Source: Escherichia phage PhaxI. Taken from it: DNA of 64,000 nucleotides. Position 1 is the first letter of the stretch, and each line of letters opens with the position of its first letter. Of the stretch, positions 18,268-27,732 are shown in pieces. A program made the translations under genes and the position numbers. The notes under the pieces are model-generated. The model had not been told where the DNA came from and did not search any database. It worked only from the letters and a program-made list of their open reading frames with translations. The DNA lies in the sequence record JN673056; one strand, 5' to 3'.

Positions 18268-18492
18268 TCAGCGTTTCAAACTTGCGGCGAGTCCAGTAAC
18301 GTCGGTCACGGTTTGGTCAGCCAGAACAATCACGGGCATAGACATGCGTTGCTTACCAGTGATTTTCTGTAATTCTTCCAGCTTGTAGTCTTTGTCTAGC
18401 TTCAGAATTTGGTGTTCAATACCGCGAATGCGACAGATGTTTTCAGCTTGTAAACATTGCGCACAACCTTGTTTGGAATAAATCGTAATCAT
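18268..18492 (-). CDS. nrdC: Glutaredoxin/thioredoxin (NrdC/NrdH-like)
   Basis: 74 aa with CAQC active-site motif near the N-terminus; immediately downstream of nrdB. Confidence 0.75.
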   Translation of the reverse strand: MITIYSKQGCAQCLQAENICRIRGIEHQILKLDKDYKLEELQKITGKQRMSMPVIVLADQTVTDVTGLAASLKR

Positions 18493-18501
18493 TTCTCACC
18501 T

Positions 18502-19605
18502 TTAGGCAAATTTCAGACCGTCGGAGACTGATCCAGTAAGGACACCAGTCAGATAATCAGGGGCTTCCGCTTCCTGTAATGCATATTGCATTGTTTTATT
18601 ATCTAGCCACTCATTTATCCATGGCACTGGATTGTCTTTACGGGCTTGTCCTGGATATGGGTGGCCAATAGCTCCCATACGGTGTGTTGCCAACCAGTCC
18701 ACCATTTGATGAAGGATATTGGCATTCAGTCCCAGCATTGAGCCGTCTTTGAACAGATAATTTGCCCATTCTTTTTCTTGGTTGACAACGTCGACATACA
18801 CCTGGGTCATTTCGCCGCGCAGTTCTTCTCTAATAATGGCAAAATCAGGGTCCATTAGTGGCAGACGGTTCAGGAAAGTCTGGGTCAGGATGAGGTGATC
18901 TTGCTCATCACAAGCAATCTGGCGGATGATTTTAGCGTTCCCTTCCATTTTGTTAAGGAATTGCATGAATGCCCAAGAACACGCAAATGAAACATAGAAA
19001 CGGACGCCTTCGAGGGAGTTAGCAGCAAATAGAGCACGCCAGAATGCACGCTTGGCGTTCATGATGTCTTCACGGGTGAACGCGCGTCCAGCCATACGCA
19101 TCCCGCTGTAACGCACCATGTCGTCGTAGTATACACTGATCTGTCCGGCGCAATCGACGATCTCCTGAACGTCCAGAACATGGTCAAAAACGATACCAGG
19201 ATCATTCACTGTGTTACGAAGGATATGCGTATAAGATAGTGAGTGGATGGCTTCTTGGCGCGTCCACTCCAGAATAGCAAATTGCGCTTCTGGTGTTGAT
19301 GCCCATGGGCCAAACGCTTCGAACGGAGCAGCGCCCTGAATAGAATCCAGCATGGTCTGTCGTTTCAAATTGCTGAAGTAAATGTGTTGTTCTGCTGCGG
19401 AGAGCGTGGCGAAGTCGGCTTTGTCTTTGGTCACGTCTACTTCTTCCGGACGCCAGAATTGACTAAGACCTTTTTCATACCATTTCTGTACAAAAGGCCA
19501 TGCGACTTTGTCATAGCGTTGAATGCTCACAGGGTCGCCAAAGAACGGCAAACCTGTATTATCTGAAGATGGGTCAAATACTGAAAATTGCTTTTGTTCG
19601 TTCAT
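18502..19605 (-). CDS. nrdB: Ribonucleotide reductase small subunit (class Ia)
   Basis: 367 aa; ferritin-like di-iron motifs (e.g. QEAIHS); adjacent to nrdA. Confidence 0.95.
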   Translation of the reverse strand: MNEQKQFSVFDPSSDNTGLPFFGDPVSIQRYDKVAWPFVQKWYEKGLSQFWRPEEVDVTKDKADFATLSAAEQHIYFSNLKRQTMLDSIQGAAPFEAFGPWASTPEAQFAILEWTRQEAIHSLSYTHILRNTVNDPGIVFDHVLDVQEIVDCAGQISVYYDDMVRYSGMRMAGRAFTREDIMNAKRAFWRALFAANSLEGVRFYVSFACSWAFMQFLNKMEGNAKIIRQIACDEQDHLILTQTFLNRLPLMDPDFAIIREELRGEMTQVYVDVVNQEKEWANYLFKDGSMLGLNANILHQMVDWLATHRMGAIGHPYPGQARKDNPVPWINEWLDNKTMQYALQEAEAPDYLTGVLTGSVSDGLKFA

Positions 19606-19675
19606 GTTTCTTTCCTGATGAATAAGGGGTGACGAATCACCCCTGATATTAAACGTTTGTGTTGTATAGACCTAA

Positions 19676-21952
19676 TCAAACAACACAGGTGTCACAAATT
19701 TCTTCAACTTGTTTCAGCTCCTCGTCTTCCTTGGAGTCTTTGTTGGTGTTGTAATACAGAGTTTTACCACCCCACATGTAGAAAGACAGAATATCCTGCA
19801 TCATAAGAGAGCGCGGGATCTTGCCTTCTGGATATTTCTCTGGGTCATACCATGTGTTGGTGCTGATGGATTGATCTACCCAACGTTGTATGACCGCCGC
19901 CGTCTTCAGGTATTCAATACAATCCAGATTCCATTTCAGGTCATATAGAGGACCAAGGGTTTCTACATCCGGAACGATCTGTTTATAGACGCCGTCCTTG
20001 CTGCCTTTGATGCTGATGAGACCTTTTGGTGGCTCTATACCGTTCGTTGCGTTCAGCACCTGAGAGGAGCTTTCAGTTGGTGCTACGGCTAACAACGTGG
20101 CGTTACGGATCCCATACTCGGATAGGTTCTGCTTCAGACCTTCCCAGTCAAGACCATAGGCTTGCCCAACAGGCTTTTTGCCATTGGGTAGGATGTCCAG
20201 CGGGAGAGGCTGAAGGTCGGCTGTCACAAATCCAGAATCATGGATAGTTGACTTCTTACAAGATCCGAAACGCATGGCCAGACGGTTGGACGCTTTGACC
20301 AAGTAGAAATGAAGATGCGCCATCCACTTGTCTAGAAGTTCTAATCCGATAGGCGATCCATAACCCGTGAAATTCTTGGCCAGGAAATGTGCGACGTTGA
20401 CGATACCGATACCCAGAGGACGATATTCTTCTACGGCCAAACGGGCTTGGCGAGCTGGGTAGTCCTGATATTCCAACAACATATCCAAAGCTGAAACCAG
20501 AACGAAAGCAACATCTTCCATTTCTGTTGGATCTTCAAACGCCGTCAGGTTAAATGATGCGAGTGTACATAGGGCAATGCGACCATCTTCATCATCATAC
20601 TGTTGGAACTCACGAGTCGGAAGCGCGATTTCTAAACACAGATTAGAGCTATAAATCGTGTCCAAATTGAACGGACTATACTCGTTCATGTGATCAACGA
20701 ATGCGATGTAGATCCGTCCAGTGTCAGAACGCTGGTCTAGTAGCATTTGGAACACTTCTTCAGCTTGCAGCTTTTTGGAACGACATAACCCGGCGTCGGC
20801 AGCCTTGATCATATTGTCGTACATTTCGCGGAATTTATTGACGTCTGCGAAAAATGCTTCATACATTTCGCGGTTGTCTTTTGGATCAAACAGGTATAGA
20901 GGCTGTTTGTTCACCAGGCGCTCGAACATGACGCGGTTAATCTGAATCCCATAGTCGATACGGCGTTCACGGTTCTCTTCCAATCCACGGTTGTTTTTGA
21001 GAACAACGACATCATCAAATTGATAATGCCAGATGGGAACATAGCATGTTGCCGATCCACCACGGATACCGCCTTGAGAGCAAGACTTCAGGGCACCAGT
21101 CAAATACTTGATGAATGGAACCAGACCTGTATGGACCATTTCCCCTTTACGGATAGGGCTACCGATGCCACGAATTGCCCCAACATCGAATCCAATGCCA
21201 GCACGTTTGGAAACATAATCCACGATGCTTTTCGCAGTGGCATTAATTGAGTCCAATGTATCACCAGTTTTGATCAATACACAAGAGCTGAACTGTCGGG
21301 TCGGGGTGCGGACGCCGGACATAATAGGTGTTGGAAGACTGAATTTGCCTGTACTGGCGTATTCATAGAACTTCTTCACCATTGTCAGTCTGCTTTCTTT
21401 ATCCCACGCTGAGAATAATGCCATAGCGATTGCCATGTACATGACTTGAGGGGTTTCATAATACACTTTGCTGTCAGAAGAACGATCACGCAAAAGATAT
21501 TTTTGAGTCAGCTGGCCCATTGCTGCCCAAGTGAAATTCTTGTCGCGTTTGTGGTTGATGACTGTGTTAAGTTCTTCGAATTCTTCTTTAGAGTAAAGTT
21601 CGAGGAATTCACGATCATAAACGCCCTGCTTGATGTTTTTAGCGAAGATATCAAGCAAATGAGGTGGTTTGTACCGCCCATAGACGACTTTGCGCAGGTC
21701 ATACGATTTCAGGCGGGCAGCAACATATTGGTAGTTGGGTTTTTCTACGGAAATCAATGTAGCCGCCGCTTGGATGATAATATCCTGAATGCGTTCGGTT
21801 TTCATATTGTCTGTGAACTGAATCTTCGATGCTGCTTCTACCTCAGACACTGAAACTCCTTCTAAACCTTCACATGCACGTTCAAGAACAGTGTGGAGTT
21901 TTTCAATGTCAAAGGGGACAGAAGATCCGTCCCGCTTTATGATGTTAATCAT
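19676..21952 (-). CDS. nrdA: Ribonucleotide reductase large subunit (class Ia)
   Basis: 758 aa; N-terminal ATP-cone-like region; active-site SSNLCLEI; C-terminal Cys pair CDTC. Confidence 0.95.
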   Translation of the reverse strand: MINIIKRDGSSVPFDIEKLHTVLERACEGLEGVSVSEVEAASKIQFTDNMKTERIQDIIIQAAATLISVEKPNYQYVAARLKSYDLRKVVYGRYKPPHLLDIFAKNIKQGVYDREFLELYSKEEFEELNTVINHKRDKNFTWAAMGQLTQKYLLRDRSSDSKVYYETPQVMYMAIAMALFSAWDKESRLTMVKKFYEYASTGKFSLPTPIMSGVRTPTRQFSSCVLIKTGDTLDSINATAKSIVDYVSKRAGIGFDVGAIRGIGSPIRKGEMVHTGLVPFIKYLTGALKSCSQGGIRGGSATCYVPIWHYQFDDVVVLKNNRGLEENRERRIDYGIQINRVMFERLVNKQPLYLFDPKDNREMYEAFFADVNKFREMYDNMIKAADAGLCRSKKLQAEEVFQMLLDQRSDTGRIYIAFVDHMNEYSPFNLDTIYSSNLCLEIALPTREFQQYDDEDGRIALCTLASFNLTAFEDPTEMEDVAFVLVSALDMLLEYQDYPARQARLAVEEYRPLGIGIVNVAHFLAKNFTGYGSPIGLELLDKWMAHLHFYLVKASNRLAMRFGSCKKSTIHDSGFVTADLQPLPLDILPNGKKPVGQAYGLDWEGLKQNLSEYGIRNATLLAVAPTESSSQVLNATNGIEPPKGLISIKGSKDGVYKQIVPDVETLGPLYDLKWNLDCIEYLKTAAVIQRWVDQSISTNTWYDPEKYPEGKIPRSLMMQDILSFYMWGGKTLYYNTNKDSKEDEELKQVEEICDTCVV

Positions 21953-22036
21953 AGCGATCCTCGGTTTGTGTTAATGCAGGCTGTTATTATACGTCGCCTC
22001 CATGGATTGAAGGCGACGGGGAAGTTCGTGTGGTAT

Positions 22037-22912
22037 TTAAATGTTGTACAGGTCGTTAATTTCTAACATCAGGCGGGTGAAGTTGCCGCGACCATTACGA
22101 TCAGACTTATCGAATTCGATGATGCTGAATGGTTGAACCCACTCTGGATATTCATCTCCGATTTCTACACCGTCAATTTGCAAGGAACCTGTTTCCAGCT
22201 TGTTGTTGAAGTCTTTAAAGGAATCCACATACGTCTGTAACGCACTATCACGCAGTCGCTTGTTGGACTGTTTGATATCTCCATTCACGAAGATGTACGA
22301 AGAATCTGAAGCGCGAGTCAACAAGTTTTTCAGCTGCTCCATATCGCATTCCTGCGCTTCTTCGATAATCAGGAAACACTCATCGAAAGTCATCCCCTTT
22401 ACAGTTTCAAGGTCTTGAATTTCTATGATGCGTTTCTCCCACAGATAGTTGAAGAAACCGTCGGAACCCGTATCTGTTTTGAGAACCTTTTTGAATGTCT
22501 GTATGAGCGGCATCAAATAAGGCATCAGCTTTTCATATGTGTCACCAGGCCGGAACCCTGCTGTGGTGCCAGTTGGAAGGGGAGAACGCGTGATGATAAT
22601 CTTGTTGATGGTTTTGTCAATCAGATGTTTTGCTGCAGCAGATGCACCACAATAGGATTTGCCTGTACCTGCCGGACCGATAGCGATAGTGAGATGTTCA
22701 TTGAGTGCGGATTGATATGCGAGGTTCTGATTTTCTGAGAGGCCATTGAACGGAGCAATTTTGAAATCGCCTTTGGAAAACTTCATCCAGTCTTCTTCCT
22801 TCTGGATGGTGTCTTTCTTACGAGCAGATTTTGTCTTCGCTGGCTTCATGGATACAACTTTAGACGCAGATTGCATGTTGAACCTTCCTATATCTACAGG
22901 GGTTGTCGACAC
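22037..22912 (-). CDS. phoH: PhoH-like ATPase
   Basis: Walker A GPAGTGKS and overall PhoH-family pattern; 291 aa. Confidence 0.9.
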   Translation of the reverse strand: MSTTPVDIGRFNMQSASKVVSMKPAKTKSARKKDTIQKEEDWMKFSKGDFKIAPFNGLSENQNLAYQSALNEHLTIAIGPAGTGKSYCGASAAAKHLIDKTINKIIITRSPLPTGTTAGFRPGDTYEKLMPYLMPLIQTFKKVLKTDTGSDGFFNYLWEKRIIEIQDLETVKGMTFDECFLIIEEAQECDMEQLKNLLTRASDSSYIFVNGDIKQSNKRLRDSALQTYVDSFKDFNNKLETGSLQIDGVEIGDEYPEWVQPFSIIEFDKSDRNGRGNFTRLMLEINDLYNI

Positions 22913-22960
22913 CTTTAATTAAGCGACACGCCCAGCATACCTGTATATCAGATAAAGAAA

Positions 22961-22978
22961 AAGGCCGTTTCCGGCCTT
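22961..22978 (-). terminator. Rho-independent terminator downstream of the endolysin gene
   Basis: AAGGCCGtttcCGGCCTT, followed on the minus strand by a T-rich tract. Confidence 0.6.
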
Positions 22979-22983
22979 GAGAA

Positions 22984-23778
22984 TTAGCAGAAACTCTTGT
23001 ATGCTGCCGCCAGTTTAGTATCATACTGGTTTTTCGCATATGCCGGACCATTGTACCGACGAGCAAACTCGGCCCAATTCTTATTCTTCAGGGCTTTCCA
23101 CATATTGGCGTCAGCTTTGATGAATTTCACAAATGCCAGAAGATGAGCGCGTTCACCAGTCAGGAAATCAGTGAACATCTCTTTGGCATTTGAATAGCCA
23201 CAGATTTGGCAGTTGAACCCCATGATCTGGAATAGGCCGTAGGAAGCACTCTCGTAAGCGCAGTCCTCGTCAAGGGCGATTGCACCCTGAAGGCGTTCCA
23301 ACTCCGCGTCTCCGCCGATATACCCGCCAGAATTGGGGTTAACCAATGTTGGGTAGAGTTGGTACAGAGCATTGGCTCTTGCTTGCCCGAATTTGGCCGT
23401 CACCTTTTTGTACATGATGTGGCGCTCAAACAGAGTTTTGATCTTGCCAGTTTTGGTAAAACCCGTGCCACGGGATTCTACCTGATTCACAGCTTTCATA
23501 CTGGCCAGTTCAACACCAAGTTCACGTGCTGCGTCAACCAAGTCCGCTTCGGTCAGATGTTCCTGATGAGCGTCTCCAGCGTTGCGGATAGCATAGAAGG
23601 TCTTTGGCCCAGCAATACCATCAATAACCAATCCAGCACCTGCCTGAACGGATTTGACAGCATTCTCTGTTGCCTTACCAAATATGCCATCGGCTGTAAG
23701 GGAGAAACCGATTTTGTTGAGGCTTTGTTGAAGCGCTTTGACTTCAGAACCTCGGTTTCCAAGTTTTAGAATGGCCAT
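22984..23778 (-). CDS. Endolysin: peptidoglycan-binding domain plus lytic transglycosylase/muramidase-like catalytic domain
   Basis: N-terminal PG_binding_1-like repeat (LKLGNRGSEVKALQQSLNKIGF...DGIFGKAT); C-terminal VESRG...YGLFQIMG; start set at MAILKLGN (GGAGG RBS); the track ORF extends to 23796. Confidence 0.8.
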   Translation of the reverse strand: MAILKLGNRGSEVKALQQSLNKIGFSLTADGIFGKATENAVKSVQAGAGLVIDGIAGPKTFYAIRNAGDAHQEHLTEADLVDAARELGVELASMKAVNQVESRGTGFTKTGKIKTLFERHIMYKKVTAKFGQARANALYQLYPTLVNPNSGGYIGGDAELERLQGAIALDEDCAYESASYGLFQIMGFNCQICGYSNAKEMFTDFLTGERAHLLAFVKFIKADANMWKALKNKNWAEFARRYNGPAYAKNQYDTKLAAAYKSFC

Positions 23779-23847
23779 AAGAAAATACCTCCGCAATGTA
23801 TGCGAAGGTATTTAAAGTGAAAGTCGAACTTGAGGATTTAGTGTCGA

Positions 23848-24036
23848 TTATCTGACTACGACGACAGGCATGATTTCTTTGAAGGAAGTCCTAACTTCGG
23901 AATCATACCCATATTTTTCAAATATTTTCAACATCGCTTGTTCCAGTTCCTCTTGGAACTGAGGAAAGTGCGCGTTGGGAATTCGGTCGGCAACCCATAG
24001 AGCGCCAGGAGAGGCTTGGATAATTGCTCTACTCAT
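23848..24036 (-). CDS. Hypothetical small protein
   Basis: 62-aa ORF with AGGAGAA RBS right after a hairpin. Confidence 0.4.
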   Translation of the reverse strand: MSRAIIQASPGALWVADRIPNAHFPQFQEELEQAMLKIFEKYGYDSEVRTSFKEIMPVVVVR

Positions 24037-24064
24037 GTCTCATTCTCCTACCAAAACTTTGAAA

Positions 24065-24080
24065 GGGGGAGGTTTCCCCC
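24065..24080 (-). terminator. Terminator-like hairpin
   Basis: GGGGGAggttTCCCCC just downstream of the 24087..24575 gene. Confidence 0.5.
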
Positions 24081-24086
24081 TTGCGG

Positions 24087-24575
24087 TTAAGCCAATTTGT
24101 TCACCAGAGTTTCTACTGCCTCGGCGCTCAGTTTACCCATTTTGACATACTGGGATTTCGCTTCACCGCCAGCGGCTTTCACGATATCGCTGTTGTCATA
24201 ACCCTTTTTCGGGAATACCATCACGGAGAAGGTTCCGTTGTTCAGCGGGTTCAGCTGAATGCGACCTTTACCGACTACGATGGTGCCGTAAGTTTCGGTG
24301 TTCGCTTCGACAACGTGGATGTCATGGCCCAGGTCTTTCAGCATGCCAACCTTGTCAGCAGTCTTGGCAACCACGGCTTTGTCTACGACAACCTGCTCTA
24401 CCAGGGTGAAGCCGTTGGTCGCTTTCACTTTGCCGTTCAGCAGATTCATGAAGGAAGTTTTGCCACCAGTGAAGCCAGCTGCCTGAGCGATGCGGAACAT
24501 TTCAACTTTTGCAACTTCGGTGTTCAGTTCAAAAGAGATGGTGCCGTTGGTGATCAGAGTTTTGGTAGTAGCCAT
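24087..24575 (-). CDS. Hypothetical protein (likely well expressed)
   Basis: Start set at MATTKT with the conserved GAGGAATTACATCATG initiation region; hairpins on both sides; the track ORF starts at an upstream GTG. Confidence 0.5.
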   Translation of the reverse strand: MATTKTLITNGTISFELNTEVAKVEMFRIAQAAGFTGGKTSFMNLLNGKVKATNGFTLVEQVVVDKAVVAKTADKVGMLKDLGHDIHVVEANTETYGTIVVGKGRIQLNPLNNGTFSVMVFPKKGYDNSDIVKAAGGEAKSQYVKMGKLSAEAVETLVNKLA

Positions 24576-24724
24576 GATGTAATTCCTCATAATGTAGTTG
24601 GGTCGTTTCACTTTTCATTCGGCGGGGTGTTGTGTACCGCCCTATGTGAACTATAATAGTGCATGATTATTGAAGAGTAAAGTCTTTTTCAATAAATTTT
24701 TAAATTATTTTTGAAGTATTTTAA

Positions 24725-24745
24725 AAGGCCTCGTAGAATGAGGCC
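24725..24745 (-). terminator. Terminator-like hairpin
   Basis: AGGCCTCgtagaatGAGGCCT with a T-rich tract on the minus strand. Confidence 0.5.
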
Positions 24746-24774
24746 TAGAGAGAAGGTTTTTGAGTTAAAAAGTT

Positions 24775-24984
24775 TTAGGTCGGCTTCTTTTTCAAATACT
24801 GGCGAGCCAAATCCATTTGTTCTTCAGTGATAGGACAACCGCCGAAGTCCACCATTCCATTCCTCCAACCATGGATGAAACTCTTAGATTCTAAGCCAGA
24901 TAGGACATATCCTTCACGGGCTTGCATATACCCGCGAAGAATCTCTTCATCGTCCATACTATTCAGTTCTTTCAAATCCATCAT
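24775..24984 (-). CDS. Hypothetical protein
   Basis: 69-aa ORF; start overlaps the primase stop. Confidence 0.4.
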   Translation of the reverse strand: MMDLKELNSMDDEEILRGYMQAREGYVLSGLESKSFIHGWRNGMVDFGGCPITEEQMDLARQYLKKKPT

Positions 24985-26045
24985 ATCTTCCTCAAGTCAG
25001 AAAATCGTAAGGACGCCGACAGTCCCTGATATACGTTCTTGGCTATGATCTGAAGCAGATCACGTATCGGGATATTTCCCTTATCGGGGTGAACCATATC
25101 ATTGATATCCTTCCACGGTATTTCCGGTGGAAACAGAACGACTTTGACTCCGCTGTCTATCATCTTCTGTATACCGTCACAAACTTGTTTGTTCCTGTAT
25201 TGGTAATCGGGGATATAGATGTCTCCCTTAGCACTTAATAAGTCGGCATCGGCAGTCGCAAGACAATTGGGTAGAAACAAGCTATCAATTGGACCTTCTA
25301 CTACCAACTTTGTTTTGTTCCAAATGATGCGCTCTTCCCCGTAGATCTTAGTATCTTCGTTCTTAGGCTTGACAGTGGCATACCGTAATACCCCATCAGG
25401 AAGGTTATCGCCGAATGCGCGCCCCTGAACTATCTTCATGCGCCCGTCTTGGGTCCAGAATGGGATTACCAGCCGCTCATCTTCGGGTATCTTCTTCTGC
25501 TTCTCAACATCCGTTTCGAAACTCAGAAGATCTTGACGAAAATTCCTGCTGTAATACAACAAAGATAACGTGCTCTCCGGCATACCCCTGCCTTCAACAT
25601 AACGACGGGCGATATGATCACGGTCAAGAAGATCAAGGCGTATCATATTCCCAAGGTGCTCTTCATCCCGTTTGGCGACCTGAGAACCGATACGTGCTGT
25701 CTGGGTCAGGCGCTGTAGTGGTTTGAGTTTTTGTAACGGGCGGGAACTGGTATCCCCCATGATCCTGAATTTTTCAAGGTTGTATTCATTATACAGACGC
25801 TCGTCAAACTTCTTCAACCAGAATTCAAACGCCCAACCGCTCATTTCATTACAGTTGTGGCACTTGAAACGAAACACATCGTCATCACGATCATAAAAGA
25901 AGTGACCACGACGCTTGTTGGCACTCTTCTTAGAATCCCCACATAATGGGCAACGAAATTTGGCGACAGCGCCAACACGTTCCCAACTGAATTTATCAAG
26001 TCGGGGGGCGAGAAAATTGATGTATTGTTCGTCCAAGAATTTCAT
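24981..26045 (-). CDS. 61: DNA primase gp61
   Basis: N-terminal zinc ribbon FRCPLCGDS...FKCHNCN; TOPRIM-like VVEGPIDSLFLP; 354 aa. Confidence 0.85.
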   Translation of the reverse strand: MKFLDEQYINFLAPRLDKFSWERVGAVAKFRCPLCGDSKKSANKRRGHFFYDRDDDVFRFKCHNCNEMSGWAFEFWLKKFDERLYNEYNLEKFRIMGDTSSRPLQKLKPLQRLTQTARIGSQVAKRDEEHLGNMIRLDLLDRDHIARRYVEGRGMPESTLSLLYYSRNFRQDLLSFETDVEKQKKIPEDERLVIPFWTQDGRMKIVQGRAFGDNLPDGVLRYATVKPKNEDTKIYGEERIIWNKTKLVVEGPIDSLFLPNCLATADADLLSAKGDIYIPDYQYRNKQVCDGIQKMIDSGVKVVLFPPEIPWKDINDMVHPDKGNIPIRDLLQIIAKNVYQGLSASLRFSDLRKI

Positions 26046-26662
26046 TAGATATTTGGCCTCTGGAACACTTCTGTCACATTATAATCCACCCCGCGACTTT
26101 GAGCTATGCAAAGCTGTCGCCAAGCCCCATACAGAATATTTTGTTCCGCAACCTGATTGCGTTCAAAGTTGGCAAATTCTTCCAGCATCTGTTTGTACCC
26201 TAATAGATAAGGAGGGATATCTGTAGGACTCTTGCCAAAGATGGCCAAAGACAAATATGATGCATAATGTTCCGGTGAAGACAAAGAGGAAATATGCATA
26301 TTCGGAACGTGAACGGGCTTCAAAGATTTTCTAGGGGTGAAGTACAACAAACCCCCATTTGGAGGGAGGTCTTCAATTTTAATAACATCTGCTGGGCAAA
26401 CATAGAAACGATATGCTCCCATGCCTATGGAAGGATTCATGCGATGAGGTTTCTTTTTGTCTGTCAGGAAGTCGGCGCGGGAGACTTTAACTTCCATTAA
26501 TATAGAACAACCCCCAGGTCTGAACCCGATGGCGTCAGGGGATTCACGATTATCGAATGAATTTGGTTCTACGAACACAGCACCACAATTCATTTGTTTG
26601 TGTAGAAATTTTGCAGCGATTTGACAACCTTCTGAGTGAGAAGGTATAAAGATTTTGCCCAT
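26045..26662 (-). CDS. PD-(D/E)xK nuclease-family protein (Hjc-like?)
   Basis: PDAIGF...ILMEVKVSRADF matches the PD...(D/E)xK pattern; 205 aa; stop overlaps the primase start. Confidence 0.4.
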   Translation of the reverse strand: MGKIFIPSHSEGCQIAAKFLHKQMNCGAVFVEPNSFDNRESPDAIGFRPGGCSILMEVKVSRADFLTDKKKPHRMNPSIGMGAYRFYVCPADVIKIEDLPPNGGLLYFTPRKSLKPVHVPNMHISSLSSPEHYASYLSLAIFGKSPTDIPPYLLGYKQMLEEFANFERNQVAEQNILYGAWRQLCIAQSRGVDYNVTEVFQRPNI

Positions 26663-26725
26663 TGTTATCTGTATCCTATTGATGACGAATGGGCAAAATT
26701 ATAACCTGACGATGATCCTATTGAG

Positions 26726-27079
26726 TTAGGACAATTGCTTCAGTTTGTAAATCGTTTGATAGCACAAAGTTTTGATTTCATCAAGCGTATTTTGAAGATG
26801 GCTGTCGCATTGACCATAAATTCCGTTTACGTCGATAACAACACTGTTGACATACGATATAGGATCTGGGTTGTACAGTTTAATATTCTCAAACCCTGGG
26901 ACATATACACCACCCGCGCCGATATATGCCTCTGTGAAGGTATCCAGCAAGTCCTCCAGTTCCCCGTAGAACTCCCCGAGTGCCTTGTGCTTGGCATAGG
27001 ACGTTGTAACGAAGTGGAGGGCATGGGAGTGGGCTATAGCAAGCAGTCCACGGTTGATGAATATACTCGCATTGACCAT
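26726..27079 (-). CDS. Hypothetical protein (possible ferritin/Dps-like helical bundle; weak)
   Basis: Start set at MVNASIF; LLAIAHSHALHFVTTSYAKHKALGEFYGELEDLLD; the track ORF extends to 27139. Confidence 0.4.
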   Translation of the reverse strand: MVNASIFINRGLLAIAHSHALHFVTTSYAKHKALGEFYGELEDLLDTFTEAYIGAGGVYVPGFENIKLYNPDPISYVNSVVIDVNGIYGQCDSHLQNTLDEIKTLCYQTIYKLKQLS

Positions 27080-27135
27080 GATATTTACCCCTAAAAAGAA
27101 AATCCCCCTGTATTTAGGGGGATTGTATTTTATAA

Positions 27136-27681
27136 TCACTTTTTACCAAAAAACGATTTTAATAAATTATCAGGAATTTTTGGAAGACCTAATTTTGCCG
27201 CCAGTTCTTCTGGGGAATTACCCAAAATTTTTCTACCGTTGATGAGACCACCAACAAATTTGGTTCGATCTGTTGGACTGCGAAGGATAGTGGAGGCACC
27301 GCCAACTTTTGCGTCATACATCAGAATATGAGCGCCACGGTCACCGACGAAACGCCAGCCTTCCGCTTCAGTAACCTGACCTTTGTCAGCTGACTTGCCG
27401 AAGAAAAATTCAAAACCATCATGGACGGCAACAACTTCTTGGCCTTGGGTAATGCCGTGGGTCTGGTCTGGAGTTAGCTTCACTTTGATGGTGTTGCCAT
27501 TAGTCAATTCCAGATTATAGATGTCGGCCTGATTATCTGGAGTGATCTGGGTCACGGTGGCACCAGTACACCATTGGGTTCCGTCGGCCTGTTTGGTGAT
27601 GGTTACACTTTTGCCTTGTATGCCGCCATGAGTTTGCGGTTGTTGAGCTTGTTCTTTAAAATATTCGATAAACGGTTTCAT
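27136..27681 (-). CDS. Hypothetical protein sharing a C-terminal motif with the adjacent 795-aa protein
   Basis: C-terminus SPEELAAKLGLPKIPDNLLKSFF resembles SPDAIVRQLGLPQIPVNILNDF in 27733..30120. Confidence 0.45.
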   Translation of the reverse strand: MKPFIEYFKEQAQQPQTHGGIQGKSVTITKQADGTQWCTGATVTQITPDNQADIYNLELTNGNTIKVKLTPDQTHGITQGQEVVAVHDGFEFFFGKSADKGQVTEAEGWRFVGDRGAHILMYDAKVGGASTILRSPTDRTKFVGGLINGRKILGNSPEELAAKLGLPKIPDNLLKSFFGKK

Positions 27682-27732
27682 CGTGGATCTCCTAAGGATT
27701 TTGATGTATTTAGCCCCCGAAGGGGCTATGAC

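Noticed and set aside
24081-24656. 191-aa plus-strand ORF
   Set aside because: Antisense to the minus-strand gene 24087..24575, which has a strong conserved RBS and flanking terminators; translation is repetitive and low-complexity
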